From positions 29,574,001 to 29,638,000 of the forward strand of contig OZ024753.1 of assembly GCA_964016885.1 (NCBI GenBank): DNA of 64,000 nucleotides, in the 5' to 3' direction. The notes beneath the pieces were generated by a model. That model ran no database searches, was not told the origin of the DNA, and saw only the letters and a program-made list of their open reading frames with translations. Source of the stretch: Eledone cirrhosa (taxonomy: Eukaryota). A program made the translations under genes and the position numbers. This document shows, one piece after another, positions 50,560-63,025 of this stretch (positions are counted from its first letter, which is position 1; the number at the start of each line of letters is the position of its first letter).

Positions 50560-51105
50560 CGTACAGATGTACACTAATGCTAGCAAATACATAAGTTATG
50601 TCATAGTACCTAGGTGGTTCATTCGTTTCTGAATTTGTTTAGCAAGATTCTTTATCTGAAAACGTGTGTTGAAACAGATATTGTTATACTTTGGGAGGGT
50701 CATGTTGCCAATAAGAAACACACGCACCAGTTGCTTTCACTTCAATTTATTATAATAGATTTATAAATTTAGGAATTTATAAATTTCCGGTTGGTTGGTT
50801 GGTTCTGGATGTAACACATGCGCAAACTAAGCACACAACACACACACACAAACAAGATGGCATAGGACAGAACAAAGGAGAGGCACAAAAACAAAGAAAA
50901 GAATCCCCAGTCACTGAAGAGGTCACAGAATGTGTGACGAAAGAACTTTGACAATATATAAACAATCATCTGGTTGTGGAACCAACCAACCAACCGGAAA
51001 TTTATAAATTCCTAAATTTATAAATCTATTATAATAAATTGAAGTGAAAGCAACTGGTGCGTGTGTTTCTTATTGGCAACATGACCCTCCCAAAGTATAA
51101 CAATA
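50560..51105. mobile_element. Fold-back element with hammerhead motif in the spacer (50910-50952, +)
   Basis: Near-perfect arms of about 125 bp at 50679-50805 and 50979-51105; gtca-CTGAAGA-g-GTCACA-gaatg-TGTGAC-GAAA-gaac-TT-tgac. Confidence 0.7.
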
Positions 51106-51215
51106 TATATATATAATATTATATATATTATATATATATATAATATATAATATTATATATATATATATATATTATATATATATATATATATAATATATAT
51201 TATATATATATATAT

Positions 51216-51267
<52 letters not shown>

Positions 51268-51271
<4 letters not shown>

Positions 51272-51600
51272 ATATTAATAAATGGAAACTATATTTATTA
51301 AACCATATTTATTTTATTATACATATTTCAATGGCAACCAAGGGAAATTATGGTGCGCTTTCATCAGATAAAATTCAGATTTGTTTTATAAAGAAATATT
51401 GACATACCATTTATAAAACAAATTTATAAAACAAATCTGTATTTTATCTGATGAAAGTGCACCATAATTTGCCTTGGTTGCCCTTGAAATATGTATAATA
51501 AAATAAATATGGTTTTATAAATATAGTTTCCATTTATTAATATATTGTGTATTTACTCCACTAACCTGTTGAGTGCTTTATATCAGTTATAAAAAATGTT
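51268..51600. mobile_element. Fold-back element with a hammerhead motif in each arm
   Basis: attttat-CTGATGA...GAAA-tatgta-TA-ataaaat (7-bp stem I) at about 51441-51504; inverted copy at about 51311-51374; one-sided tail. Confidence 0.7.
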
Positions 51601-51601
51601 A

Positions 51602-51639
<38 letters not shown>

Positions 51640-51828
51640 TAAGTTTCTTCCGGGTTCAATCGGGGGTAACCACAGTAAGTAAGGTACTCAATACAAAGCA
51701 GAGTATAAATATTTAATAAAGAAAAGCTTCTACAGGACTAGAACTTTTTCATTCGGGAGAAATCATCAGGAAGCCCAAATGAAAAAGTTCTCGTCCTGTA
51801 GAAGCTTTTCACATATATATATATATAT

Positions 51829-53524
51829 CATCATCATCATCACCGTTTTACGTCCGCTCTTCCACTCTAGCATGGGTTAGACAGGTTGTCCTGTTGTGGG
51901 CAGTGTCTGGTCGGCTGACCATGCCTTGCTCATACAGGAACTGATTTGGCTTGATTTCTACAGCTGGATGCCCTTCCTAACACCAACCTCATTTACAGTG
52001 AGTGCTGGGTGCTTTTTCGTGGCGCCTACACGTCCACTTTACAGTGTGGGCTGGGTGCTTTTTTGCCGTGGCACCTCCACAACCACCTTGCGGTGGGGGG
52101 TGTGGGGGCATAATGTCTATATGCTTCAGCTTGTACCCATGGGAGGTCGGGTACTCTGTATTACTGCGTGACGCCAGAGGTCACGGTCGTGTGCCATTGC
52201 CTTTGAGAGGTGTAATTGGGTAAGGTCGGCTTTTATCACCTCATCCCAGGTCATCTTGGGTCTCCCCACTCCGCGGTTTCCATCGACTTCTAGTGCTCTG
52301 CACCTTTTTATGCAGCTGTCGTCCTTCATACGCATCACATGTCCATACCAGCGCAACCGCCTCTCCTGCACACAGCATTTGATTCCTCTTATGCTCAGTC
52401 TCTCTCGCAATTCATTTATGCTTTGTCGTTCACGTATATTACTGTTACCCATCCATCAAAGCATGCAGGCTTCGTTTCTCTCTAATCTACGTAAGTCTTC
52501 CACCTTCAGCGCCCAGGTCTCACTACCATGCAACATTGCTGTTCGGATACATGCATCATACAGTCTGCCTTTCATTCTGAGGGAGAAGCCTTTTGCAGCT
52601 AGCAGTGGTAGTAGTTCCCTAAACTTCTTCCATCCCGTTCTTACCCTAGTTATTGTACTTTCTGAACACCCACCTCCGCTGCTAATTCGGTCACCTAGGT
52701 AGCAGAAGCTGTCTACTGTTTCTACAGAGCCCTCCCAGAGATTGGTGGTCATTGTTTCCTGTGGCTGTTTGCTGCTTGCTGTCCCAGCACAGCTGCTGCA
52801 TGTGAAGCCTACATTCTTAATTAAGCTTCCTGAGATCCCGCTACATCTCTTGTGTACCCATTGTTTGCATTTGGGGCAGAGAATGGAGTTCCTACCTACA
52901 CCTTTCCTACATACTGAGCAAGGCCATTTCCCTGAGGGGATCTGTGTTCTGTTTTCTCGTCTATTTACAAGGACCTTAGTCTTTGTCATGTTGACTTTGA
53001 GACCCTTTCTTTCTAGTCCCTGCTTCCAAGTTTTGAATTTATTCTCTAGTTCTACCATAGATTCAGCTATAAGTGCGAGGTCATCAGCATACAGGAGTTC
53101 CCATGGGCATCCGGTCTTAAACTCCTCCATTATTGCCTGCAGGACTATGATGAACAGGAGGGGGCTAAGAACAGAGCCCTGGTGGACCCCAACCTGTACG
53201 CTAAATTCCTCGCTATACTCATTGCTAATCCTAACTTTGCTGACTGCTCCCCTATACATGGCTTGTACCACTTTCACAAGCCATTCATCTACTCCTAGTT
53301 TTCTAAGAGCCCACCAGATTACAGCACGTGGAACTCTGTCAAAGGCTTTCTCAAGGTCGACAAATGCCAAGTAGAGTGGCTTACTTTCAGCTAGGTACTT
53401 CCTCTTCCTGGTACAAACCCAAATTGCATCTCGTCTATTTTCACCCGGTCCCTAATCAACTGTGCTATAACTCTTTCTGTTACTTTCATGACCTGGTCCA
53501 TCAGCTTTATACCTCTATAGTTTC
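51829..53524 (-). mobile_element. 5'-truncated RTE LINE (RT with PHD insert; stop at 52456) with (ATG)n tail
   Basis: DLEKAFDRV, HQGSVLSP, YADD, RRLRWYGHVMR, GRPK. Confidence 0.92.
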
Positions 53525-53566
53525 TATATATATTATATATGTATATATATATATATATATATATAC

Positions 53567-53644
<78 letters not shown>

Positions 53645-53654
53645 AAGCATATAG

Positions 53655-54300
53655 AGAGTATGCCCCCATGCCCCTCCCACTGTAAAGTGGTCGTGTAGGC
53701 GCCACAGAAAGAACGCACCCAGTACTCTCTGTAAATGAGGTTGGTGTTAGGAAAGGCATCCAGCTGTACAAACCGAGCCAAAATCAGTCCCATATGAGCA
53801 AGACATGGTCACTTGACCTGGCATTGCCCACAACAGGACAACCCATCTAACCCATGCTAGTGTGGAAACTTTGACGTAAAACGGTGATGATGATGATGAT
53901 ATATATATGACTGGTGCAGTTGTACAATCATAAATAGCTACAAGGGTAAAAGTGATGCTCAAGAAGGGAGCAACTACAGAGAAATAAAACTGATGGACCA
54001 AGTTATGAAAGTGATGGAATGAGTTCTAGCACAACTATTTAAGGAAATAGTCAAATTAGATGAGATGCCCTCTTCTTAGTGAGACAACTACAATAGAAGT
54101 TCCTAGCTAAGAGTAAGCCACTATATCTAGCTGTTGTGGATCTAGAAAAGGCCTTTGACAGAGTACCTCGTTCTGTTATCTGGTGGTCCTTATGAAAATT
54201 AGGTGTAGAAGAATGGTTTGAGAGAGCAGTATAAACCATGTACAGAGGAGCTGTTGGTAAAGTGAGTATAGGAAGTGAGTTCAGTGAGGAATTCAGTATC
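53655..54300 (+). mobile_element. RTE 3'UTR copy (53655-53900) and degraded RT fragment (53935-54300)
   Basis: Reverse complement of the RTE 3'UTR with (TGA)n tail; DLEKAFDRVPRSVIWW. Confidence 0.8.
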
Positions 54301-54604
54301 CTTGGTCAATCAGTAATCCAAAAGGCAGAATGATTTTTCAACCTCTGTAGATTACGTTATGGACTGTTATGGCCCAAACTGCATGATTTAGATATCTATT
54401 ATAAATATAATATTTCTGTAATTGAATTAATACACTTGAGTACTGAATTTTTATTTTACTGCTTCTAAATCTGCTTTTAATTACACCTTTTGTCGCTTTT
54501 AAATGTAATAACGCTTGACATGCTGTTTTTTATGACATGAGTCTAATCTGTATTATGATGTCACTTTTTGCATGTTTGTATTTGGATGCTTGTAACAACA
54601 TTCA

Positions 54605-54695
54605 TATTCCTGAAGATACGTAGAGCAGCAGGCTAACGCCCAGTATATATATTGAGGTACAGCAAGCTGTCCTACATTGAAACGTTTGTAAAATA
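54605..54695 (+). ncRNA. Hammerhead-like motif with long stem II
   Basis: tattc-CTGAAGA-..gtag.gcagc..gctgt.ctac..-GAAA-C-gttt-G-TA-aaata, overlapping an AATAAA. Confidence 0.5.
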
Positions 54696-55188
54696 AAATC
54701 ATGTTATAAGTCTAAACTGGTTCTTCATTCTTAATTTATATATGTACATATATATATATATAAAATGAGAGAACGGAGTTAAAGACTCGCATTAATACCC
54801 TGTAATTTAATGAGCTCAAGGAAAAAGTGCCGGGATCTTCATAATACAGTATATAGAGAAGAAAACACAGAAAGGGGTATGTTTTCAATTACAAGGGGTA
54901 GAGGACCATTAGAGTGAAGAATATAAAGTCTACAAAAAGTGTGGAAAATACATAATAATTAAAAGGTAAATTAAAATGTACAAACCCCCTTTATAGCTAT
55001 AAAACACCTGGACAATCTCAAAGAAGAGAATGTAGAATGTTTCATCATAGACAGTTTTGATACCATACCTTCTCAGGGCTTATCAACAGGTATAAAGAAG
55101 ATACAGTCAACACTTCTAAAGAGATTTTAGACAACTGAAAAAACATATATGAAGGAAACAAAAACACGCGCACCAGTATATATATATA

Positions 55189-56212
55189 TAGGGTGCGGAC
55201 GATATTTGTTCGCAAGAGTCTAGGAAAAAATAACAGTAGTTTTATTTTTTAAGATATATTTATCAAACTTGGGTCAGTTTGTCTTCATGATTTGTTCTTT
55301 CGATCTCACTCGATAAACCTGCCATTGATTTTGATGACGGCCTCAAGGCGGCTTTGGAACCGGCTACAGGCCTTCGTCACTGTCCCCCAATTTAGGCCCC
55401 TAAAGGCACTTGTGATCCTGGCCTTCAGATCGTCTTTCGTATTGCAGCTAGATCTGTTGGTGTCTCGTTCCACTCTGCCCCACACAAAGAAGTCGAAGGG
55501 GTTGCAGTCAGGCGAGCTGGGAGGCCAGATGTCAGGTGAAGTGTGGTCGACGAAGTTCTCTGACAGCCAGGCTTGGATCTTTCGGCTGGTATGGCAGGGC
55601 GCTGAGTCTTGCTGCCACACGTACGGCCTACCTGCAGCTACCTGGTTGATCCAGGGCTTTACTACCTCGCTCAGAACGCGGATGTAGCCATCGGTGTTTA
55701 GCTTGAGGCCCTCAGGGAAGAAGTGAGGTGGCATGACGTCACCTTGACTGCTGACAACACCCAAGACCAATGTTGTCACTGGAAATTTTGTCTGCATGAC
55801 TCTGAGCATGTCTTTGGATAAGACACCATTCTCCTGCTGACGCTGAGAAATTTTTTTTACTTCCGTTGTCACTCTTGTCTTCATAAAAACAGTGACTATG
55901 TTTCCATTATTTATTTTCAGAATAATTGATTATGAATAATTTTGAACCTCCAAATTTGTGGAAGAGACACGGAGTTCTTCTTGGAATCCACCAATTGGAG
56001 TGTTGGATACAATGTCCTAGCTGGTCATCTAAATTTCCGTGTCTCTTCCATAAATTTGGAGGTTCAAAATTATTCATAATCAATTATTCTGAAAATAAAT
56101 AATGGAAATATAGTCACTGTTTTTATGAAGACAAGAGTGACAACGGAAGTAAAAAAAATTTGCATAAAATTAGCAGTTGAAAATTTTTCGAACAAATATC
56201 GTCCTCACCCTG
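55189..56212 (-). mobile_element. maT (DD37D) Tc1/mariner transposon; 5' part of the transposase replaced by a fold-back insert
   Basis: TIRs (t/c)agggtg(c/a)ggacgatatttgttcg, TA flanks; QQD-x37-D (WPPSSPDCNPFD). Confidence 0.88.
55306..55845 (-). pseudogene. DD37D transposase C-terminal catalytic remnant
   Basis: VWQQDSAPCHTS...SPDCNPFDFFVWG; 37 residues counted between the second and third Asp. Confidence 0.85.
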
Positions 56213-56219
56213 TATATAT

Positions 56220-57995
56220 ATCATCATCATCATCATCATCATCGTTTAACGTCCATCTTCCATGGGCTTGGACGGGAGTTTTCCCACTTGAGGCAAGAGC
56301 GGTTGTCTTGCTCGCATAGGACTGTCTGGCGGGTTTTCTACAGCTGGATGCCCTTCCTAACACCAACCACATTTACAGTGTGGGGGTGGGAGGTTTTTAC
56401 CGTGTTGCCTACACGGCCACATTACAGCGTGGACTGTGTTTTTTGTCGTGGCACCTACACGGTCTCATCTGTTTCGGCCTGGATGTTGTGGCACCAACAT
56501 AACTTTACATTGAAAGGGGCGGTGTGGATGGGGTGGTGGGACGGGGGTGTATTTTGTTAGAGATGCCTACTGACTGTAATAGGTTTTACTTTGTATTTAG
56601 GTAAGGCGGGTCTTCTCTATTACTGAGTACCGCCAAAGATCTCGGTCCAGTGACATTGTCTTGGAGAGGTGTAAGTGTGTGAGGTCGAAATTTATCAGCT
56701 CGTCCCAGGTTTTTCTGGGTCTGCCTACTCCGTGGCTACCATCTATCTTTATTGCCCTGCACTTTGTTATACAGCTGTCGTCTTTCATGCGCATCACGTG
56801 ACCATACCAACGTAGCCTTCTCTCGAGTAAACAACATCTGATCCCTCTTATTTCTAATTTTTTCCTTAGTTCGTTTATGCTTTGCCGTTCACGTATATTA
56901 CTATTACACATCCAGCGGAGCATGCAAGCTTCGTTCCTCTCTAGTCTGAGTATATCCTCTGCACACAATGCCCAGGTCTCACTGCCATGCAACATTGCTG
57001 TTCGTATGCAGGCATCATACAACCTGCCTTTCATTTTTAGGGAGAACCCTTTAGCGGCTAATAGTGGTATAAGCTCTTTCAACTTTTTCCATCCAGTTCT
57101 GACTCTAGCTACTGTACTTTCAGAGCACCCTCCCCCACTGCTGATTTTGTCACCCAGGTAACGGAAGCTGTCCACTATTTCTATAGAACCCTCTGCACAA
57201 TTGAAAGAGCTAGTATTTTGTGGGCACTTGCTGCTACTTATTGCACCAGAGCACCGGCCACATGTAAAATCTGTGTTCTTAGTTAGCTTACCTGTGATCC
57301 CACATCTTTTATGCACCCATACTTTGCATTTGGGACATAAAATGGAGTTTCTACCTATGCCTTTCCTACACACTGAGCATGGCCATTTCCCGGAAGGGAC
57401 CGGCGCCTTATTTTCTTTCCTACAAACTAGAACTTTAGTCTTAGCCAGGTTAATTTTAAGGCCTTTTGATTCTAGGCCATGCTTCCATGTTTGAAATTTC
57501 TTCTCTAGCTCGGCCATTGATTCAGCTATGAGCGTTAGATCATCTGTGTATAGGAGTTCCCATGAGCAGCCGGTCTTGAACTCCTCTGTTATAGCCTGAA
57601 GGGCAATAATAAATAGTAGGGGGCTAAGAACAGAGCCCTGATGGACACCAACTTTTACGCTAAACTCTTCACTATATTCATTGTTAATTCTAACCTTGCT
57701 GACTGTTTCTTTATACATGGCTTGTATAGCTCTCACAAGCCATTCGTAAACGCCTAGTTTTCTAAGAGCCCACCAGATAATGGAACGGGGGACTCTGTCG
57801 AAGGCTTTCTCCAAGTCGACAAAAGCTAAGTAGAGGGGTTTACTTTTAGCTAGGTACTTCTCCTGTAGTTGTCGTACAATGAAAAGAGCGTCTGTGGTAC
57901 TTTTGCCTGACACAAACCCGAACTGCATTTCATCTAGATCAATTCTCTCTCTGATTAGTTGCGCTATTACTTTTTCCGTGACCTTCATGACCTTA
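56220..57995 (-). mobile_element. 5'-truncated RTE LINE; 463-aa open RT fragment (56597-57988) with PHD insert; YTDD in place of YADD
   Basis: QFGF, DLEKAFDRV, HQGSVLSP, RRLRWYGHVMR; (ATG)n tail. Confidence 0.92.
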
Positions 57996-58804
57996 TATTT
58001 TAATATAGATGAGATTCTACAGGACTAGAACTGTTTCATTCTTTAGAAATCATCAGGATATATATACATATATATATACATATATATATACATATATATA
58101 TACACTCGAAGTCGATGGTAACTATGGACGAGGAAGGCCAAGGAAAACTTGGGATCAAGTGATAAAAGCTGACCTTGCCCAATTAAACTTCACATAGATA
58201 ACACAGGATCAAGACCTGTGGTGTCATGCTGTACTGCAGAACTCCCTGCTCCCTCCCTCCATGTACCCAATGAAACAAACATGCAGATGACACACACTAG
58301 CCTGCAACAATCCTCTCTCCACCAATCAGAAAATAGATATGACTGAAGCTTTCTTGTATTAGTTGGCTTTCCTAGTACTTTACCCATTGGTAACTTTGTA
58401 TAAGTTATTCTATGTGTGTGTGTAGAATAACATTAAAACATTACATAAATATATATTATAATATTATATATATATATCTTCCATAAACATTACATGTCCA
58501 TACCAATGCAGTCTTCTCTCTTGCAAACTACAAACTATCATACTTCCAGCCCATTTTCTTTCTGGCTACCACACATTCAGAGTTTCCTCCCTCGCTACTG
58601 ATTAGGTCACCTAAGTAGCAAAAGCTGTCCAAAACTACTAGGGAGCCTCCCAAGCAATTGAGTAAATCTATTTCACGTGTGCTCCTAGTGTTCACTCCTG
58701 TGCATCAGTCACATACAAAGTCTATCTTTTCCATTAGCCTGCCTATAATCCCTGCAAAAGGAAATGCTATTCTTACAGCACTACATCCCTTTAAATATTA
58801 TACA

Positions 58805-59168
58805 TATCATCATCATCATCACCATTTTACGTCCATTCTTCCACGCTAGCATGGGTTAGATGGGGTGTCCTGTTGTGGGCAGTGTCCGGTCGGCTGACCT
58901 TGGCTTGCTCATATGGGAACTGATTTTGGCTTGATTTCTACAGCTGGATGCCCTTCCTAACACCAACATCATTTACAGTGAGTGCTGGGTGCTTTTTTTT
59001 TCATGGCGCCTATACGTTCACTTTACAGTGGAATGATAGGGACTCCAGTCCTATCATCTCATTTCTACAGCTGAGTAAACTGGAGCAATGTGAAATAAAA
59101 TGTCTTGCTCAAGGAAACAACACATCACCCAATCCAAGAATTGAACTCACAACCTTTCAATTGCAAGC

Positions 59169-59172
<4 letters not shown>
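58805..59172 (-). mobile_element. CORE SINE with complete RTE-derived 3' tail and (ATG)n end
   Basis: 58805-59030 aligns with the RTE 3'UTR at 51829-52046; CORE and partial tRNA head at 59065-59172. Confidence 0.8.
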
Positions 59173-59238
<66 letters not shown>

Positions 59239-60549
59239 GTATATAATATTTTGCCAACATTCATGGTATTTTAGAATTTTATTCCATTCAACTACAGATG
59301 TAGTGACCCTTCGACTTTGCCACGACATCCAGGATGTGGGAAGGAGAAAAGTGTCGCTAACTGTGACATCCTAAATGAGACAACTCCTTCTCACCCTGGG
59401 GCAAATGGAAAGACCATATGGCCTCTTCCTATCAACCCTGGACAATCCAGCACACTCTAGAATTGAAGGGATATTGACTCAAGTCATGTCTCGTTTGATA
59501 ATTAGGTTTAACTCGGTATGGTGGGTGATGCAACCTATCTTCAGACAGCAAGACAATCAATGAAGATCTTTGGAGTTAAGGCGCCTGCAATGGAAGTGTG
59601 GAGCTCATTCTGACTGAGTAGGCAACTGATATTGACTATAGGCAAAGCACCAGCCCAGTCCACTGAGACTTTTGCACTCATAAAAAGCCATTGATAGACA
59701 GATGTGTTCATCCTCTGTTATTGTAGTCCTAGATATACTATAAAAATAGATGAGATGGTCATCACTGGAATGCCTTTAATTAATGACCTACTCAATCAGG
59801 ATTGATCTGGGTCCAAACAACAGCCAGCTCCAAATCCCACACTACTGTCTATATAAAAACAGGAAGAATACATTAAATCACAGGTTCTCAACCCGTTTAG
59901 GCCAAACGCCCCCTTTTGTCCCTCGAAATCACGAAACGCCCCCTACCCTATTTTCCCATTTTTCAATATACTACTGATTTTGATATCTGTAGATTACTAA
60001 AAAATTGATTAACAATATTCCAAAGATACCATTGCAGGCAGCTGAGAGTATAAATACATTCCTTGAAAGGAAATATATAAATTTCAAAAAAAGGAACATA
60101 AATGTTCTCTTTTATGAATAAGGACCAGTTGAATTTGTTATATTCCCACCAGGCGATACCAACTATTTTGAACATTTATACAAGAGCAACTCTGTCTATC
60201 CCAAGAGTGCTCTTATCTGGAAGAAAGTGGCAATTATATCATTTCAAAGCTTTCCAATTTTCCCTTTAATGAAACGGACAGAATAAATGTTGATATCTAA
60301 CTTGATGTCCCCTCTGCTTTGTAAGCTTAGAGGTCACAAAAGAGGGTTTTCATGACCACGCGGGAGGGTATATTTATTAGTAAATGGTAAAATATATACA
60401 ACAAATGAGTAAGTGAATTGTAGTAGATGGTTTCCAGTCCAGTCAGACTGCAACTAAAAATATAAAAAATTGTTAGTTTGCTTTGTAACAATAGCATATC
60501 TCAGTTTTCGGATAAATCAACTTACTTTAACTTTGACCTCATTTCAATG

Positions 60550-61610
60550 GGTCCCTTGAACTTTATGGAGTCTAGCTAACTCTTTGACGTCAGGCTGGAT
60601 TTTTCGTAAGATGTAGCCGGAGATCTCCACTTGTAATTACATTGTAGCGGTTGCGAGCCTTACTGTGTAGTCTGGAAACAGCACCAAACCTCCTCTTGAC
60701 TAAGTATGAGCTTGGAAAAGGCAGAGCAAATCTCTTAGCCTCTGCATGTAGGTGTGGAAATCGACGCTGAATTTCCTCTTGCATTCAAAAAAGGGGTTCA
60801 CCTATTTTGGGAAATCTAATTTTGATCATGTCATCTGCTTGAAGTTCAATGAATTCTTCCTGAAATATAACGTCCAAATCATCGACGTTAGCTGTGAAAG
60901 GATCTGCTACCCACATTGGGATGTCCATCGGCAAAAGGTCGACAAACCGTTCTCTCATGTTGTCTTGTAGCGCACGGAGGTGAGCGGTATAAATTTGGAG
61001 TTGGTCATCGCTTACAATGTTTTGAACATTGGCAACACTAGGAAAATTATAGAATTCCCGTCAACAAAGATTCCTTTCGATGACATTCAATTTGGCCAGG
61101 AATGTTTTCACAGCATTCCTTGCTTTAAGCAAGGTGATCTTCTTCCCCTGCAAAGCCAAAATGATGCTATTGCATTTGTTGACTATGTCGGTGAGGTAGG
61201 CGCAGTTTTTCCTCACATCGAGGGTTTTCTTGTACAGTTCTGTGTTGCGTCCTCGCAGAAACTCAATGATAGAGTCAAACAGTTCAAAGAAGTGAGTAAG
61301 GAAGGCACTTGCCCTTTGAAAGCCACCTCACTTCATTATGAAGGAGCAACTTGACGAATTCTTCGTCATTATCTTGGCACAGTTGCCGGAAAATTCGTTC
61401 ATTGAGGGAATGCCGTTTGATAAAATTGATGACATCAAGGGCCACCTGCAAGGACTTGCTCAGTGGCTTGCTGAGTTTCTTCACAGCCAAGTGTTGTCGA
61501 TGAATGACACAATGAACAACAAATACAGATAGATTTTCTCTCTTCAGAAGAGTGACGAAACCCTTATGTTGGCTGACCATTGCTCTAGCGTCGTCCGTAG
61601 CACATGATAC
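60550..61610 (-). pseudogene. hAT (Buster-like) transposase remnant, frameshifted
   Basis: HCVIHRQHLA, LLLHNEVRWLSKG, LPFPSSYLV. Confidence 0.85.
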
Positions 61611-61611
61611 A

Positions 61612-62060
61612 ATGTGTGTTGTATTTGGTCCTAGATGTATGTATTACCTGCCTGTGTGTTGTAGGTAGCCCTAGATGTATGTATTACCTGCTTATGTATT
61701 GCATGTGGTCCTAGATGTATGTATTACCTGATTTTGTGTTGTATGTGGTCCTAGATGTTTGTATTACCTGATTATGTGTTGTATGTGGTCCTAGATGTTT
61801 GTATTACCTGCTTATGTGTTGTATGTGGTCCTAAATGTATGTATTACTTGCCTGTGTGTTGTATGTGGTCCTAGATGTGTGTGCTACCTGCTTATGTGTT
61901 GCATGTAGTCCTAGATATGTGTATTACCTGCTTATGTGTTGTATGTGGTCCTAGATGTGTGTATTACCTGCTTATGTGTTGTATGTGGTCATAGATGTGT
62001 GTATTATCTGATTATGTGTTGTATGTGGTCCTAGATGTGTGTGTTACCCGCTTCTGTGTT
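61612..62060. repeat. 40-bp minisatellite, about 11 copies, inside the hAT
   Basis: Unit gtatgtggtcctagatgtgtgtattacctgcttatgtgtt. Confidence 0.92.
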
Positions 62061-62521
62061 TTTTTTTTCTTTTTTTTATTTGTAATATTATTTATACAAT
62101 AGGAAATAAAATAGATCTACATAGTGTTAACTCGTTACGGTTGAATCAATAATTTCAGACATGAAATACATTGTTATCGGTGAAGGAAAGACAAGCATCT
62201 AACTGGTTGCGATTGAAGTGTCCTTGACCCAGTTGACTGTGGGTTTTTCCATTGTTAGGATCTCAATTACCGGTTAATGTCTAAACACACCTGCGGTCAG
62301 ACCATAGTTATGCTGTCTGCATGCTCATTCAAATGCATTCACACTGGCTGTCTCAAAGACATACAAATATGGCTTATAAAACTTACCAAAGTAAAGAGAC
62401 TTCCAGTGCACTCCAAAGCTCCAAACGCCCCCCTAATGCCCTCTTGCTCCCAAACGCCCCCCTGGATTTCCGAAACGCCCCCAGGGGGTGCATATGCCCC
62501 CCCGTTGAGAACCTTTGCATT

Positions 62522-63025
62522 AAATAATGGTTTCTACTTTAGGCACAAGGCCAGCAATTTTGGGGAGGGGAAAATCAATTAAATCGACCCCAGTGCATTA
62601 CTGATGCTTTATTTTATTGACCCCGTAAGGATAAAAGGCAAAGCTAACCTTGGTGGGATTTGAACTCAAAACATAAAATACTGTAACTCTATGCTACAAA
62701 GCATGGCGTCGGCTGCTCTACCGACACTGCCAATAATAATAATAATTGTTTCTACTTTTGGCACAAGGCCAGCAATCATCCAGTACATTACTGGTACGTT
62801 ATTTTATCGACCCCGTAAGGATGAAAGGCAAAGTTGGCGGGATTTGAACTCAGCCAATAATAATAATAATGATTTCTGATTTAGGCACAAGACCAGCAAT
62901 TAAAGGAGAGGGGAAAATCGATTAAATCAACCCCAGTGCATTACTGGTACTTTATTTTATCGACCCAGTAAGGATAAAAGGCAAAGCTGACCTCGGCAGG
63001 ATTTGAACTCAGAACGCAAGGGACA
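62522..63025 (-). mobile_element. Three tandem Nin-domain SINE units
   Basis: Repeated units separated by (AAT)n. Confidence 0.8.

Larger units (their letters stand above)
59879..62517 (-). mobile_element. Buster/Charlie-type hAT DNA transposon, degenerate
   Basis: TIR ca(c/a)aggttctcaac, perfect 8-bp TSD cattaaat (nnnTAnnn), subterminal aaacgcccc repeats. Confidence 0.92.

Noticed and set aside
61612-62060. Regular 40-bp array (and the 54-bp array at 1-880) as CRISPR
   Set aside because: No unique spacers, eukaryotic context, no cas genes
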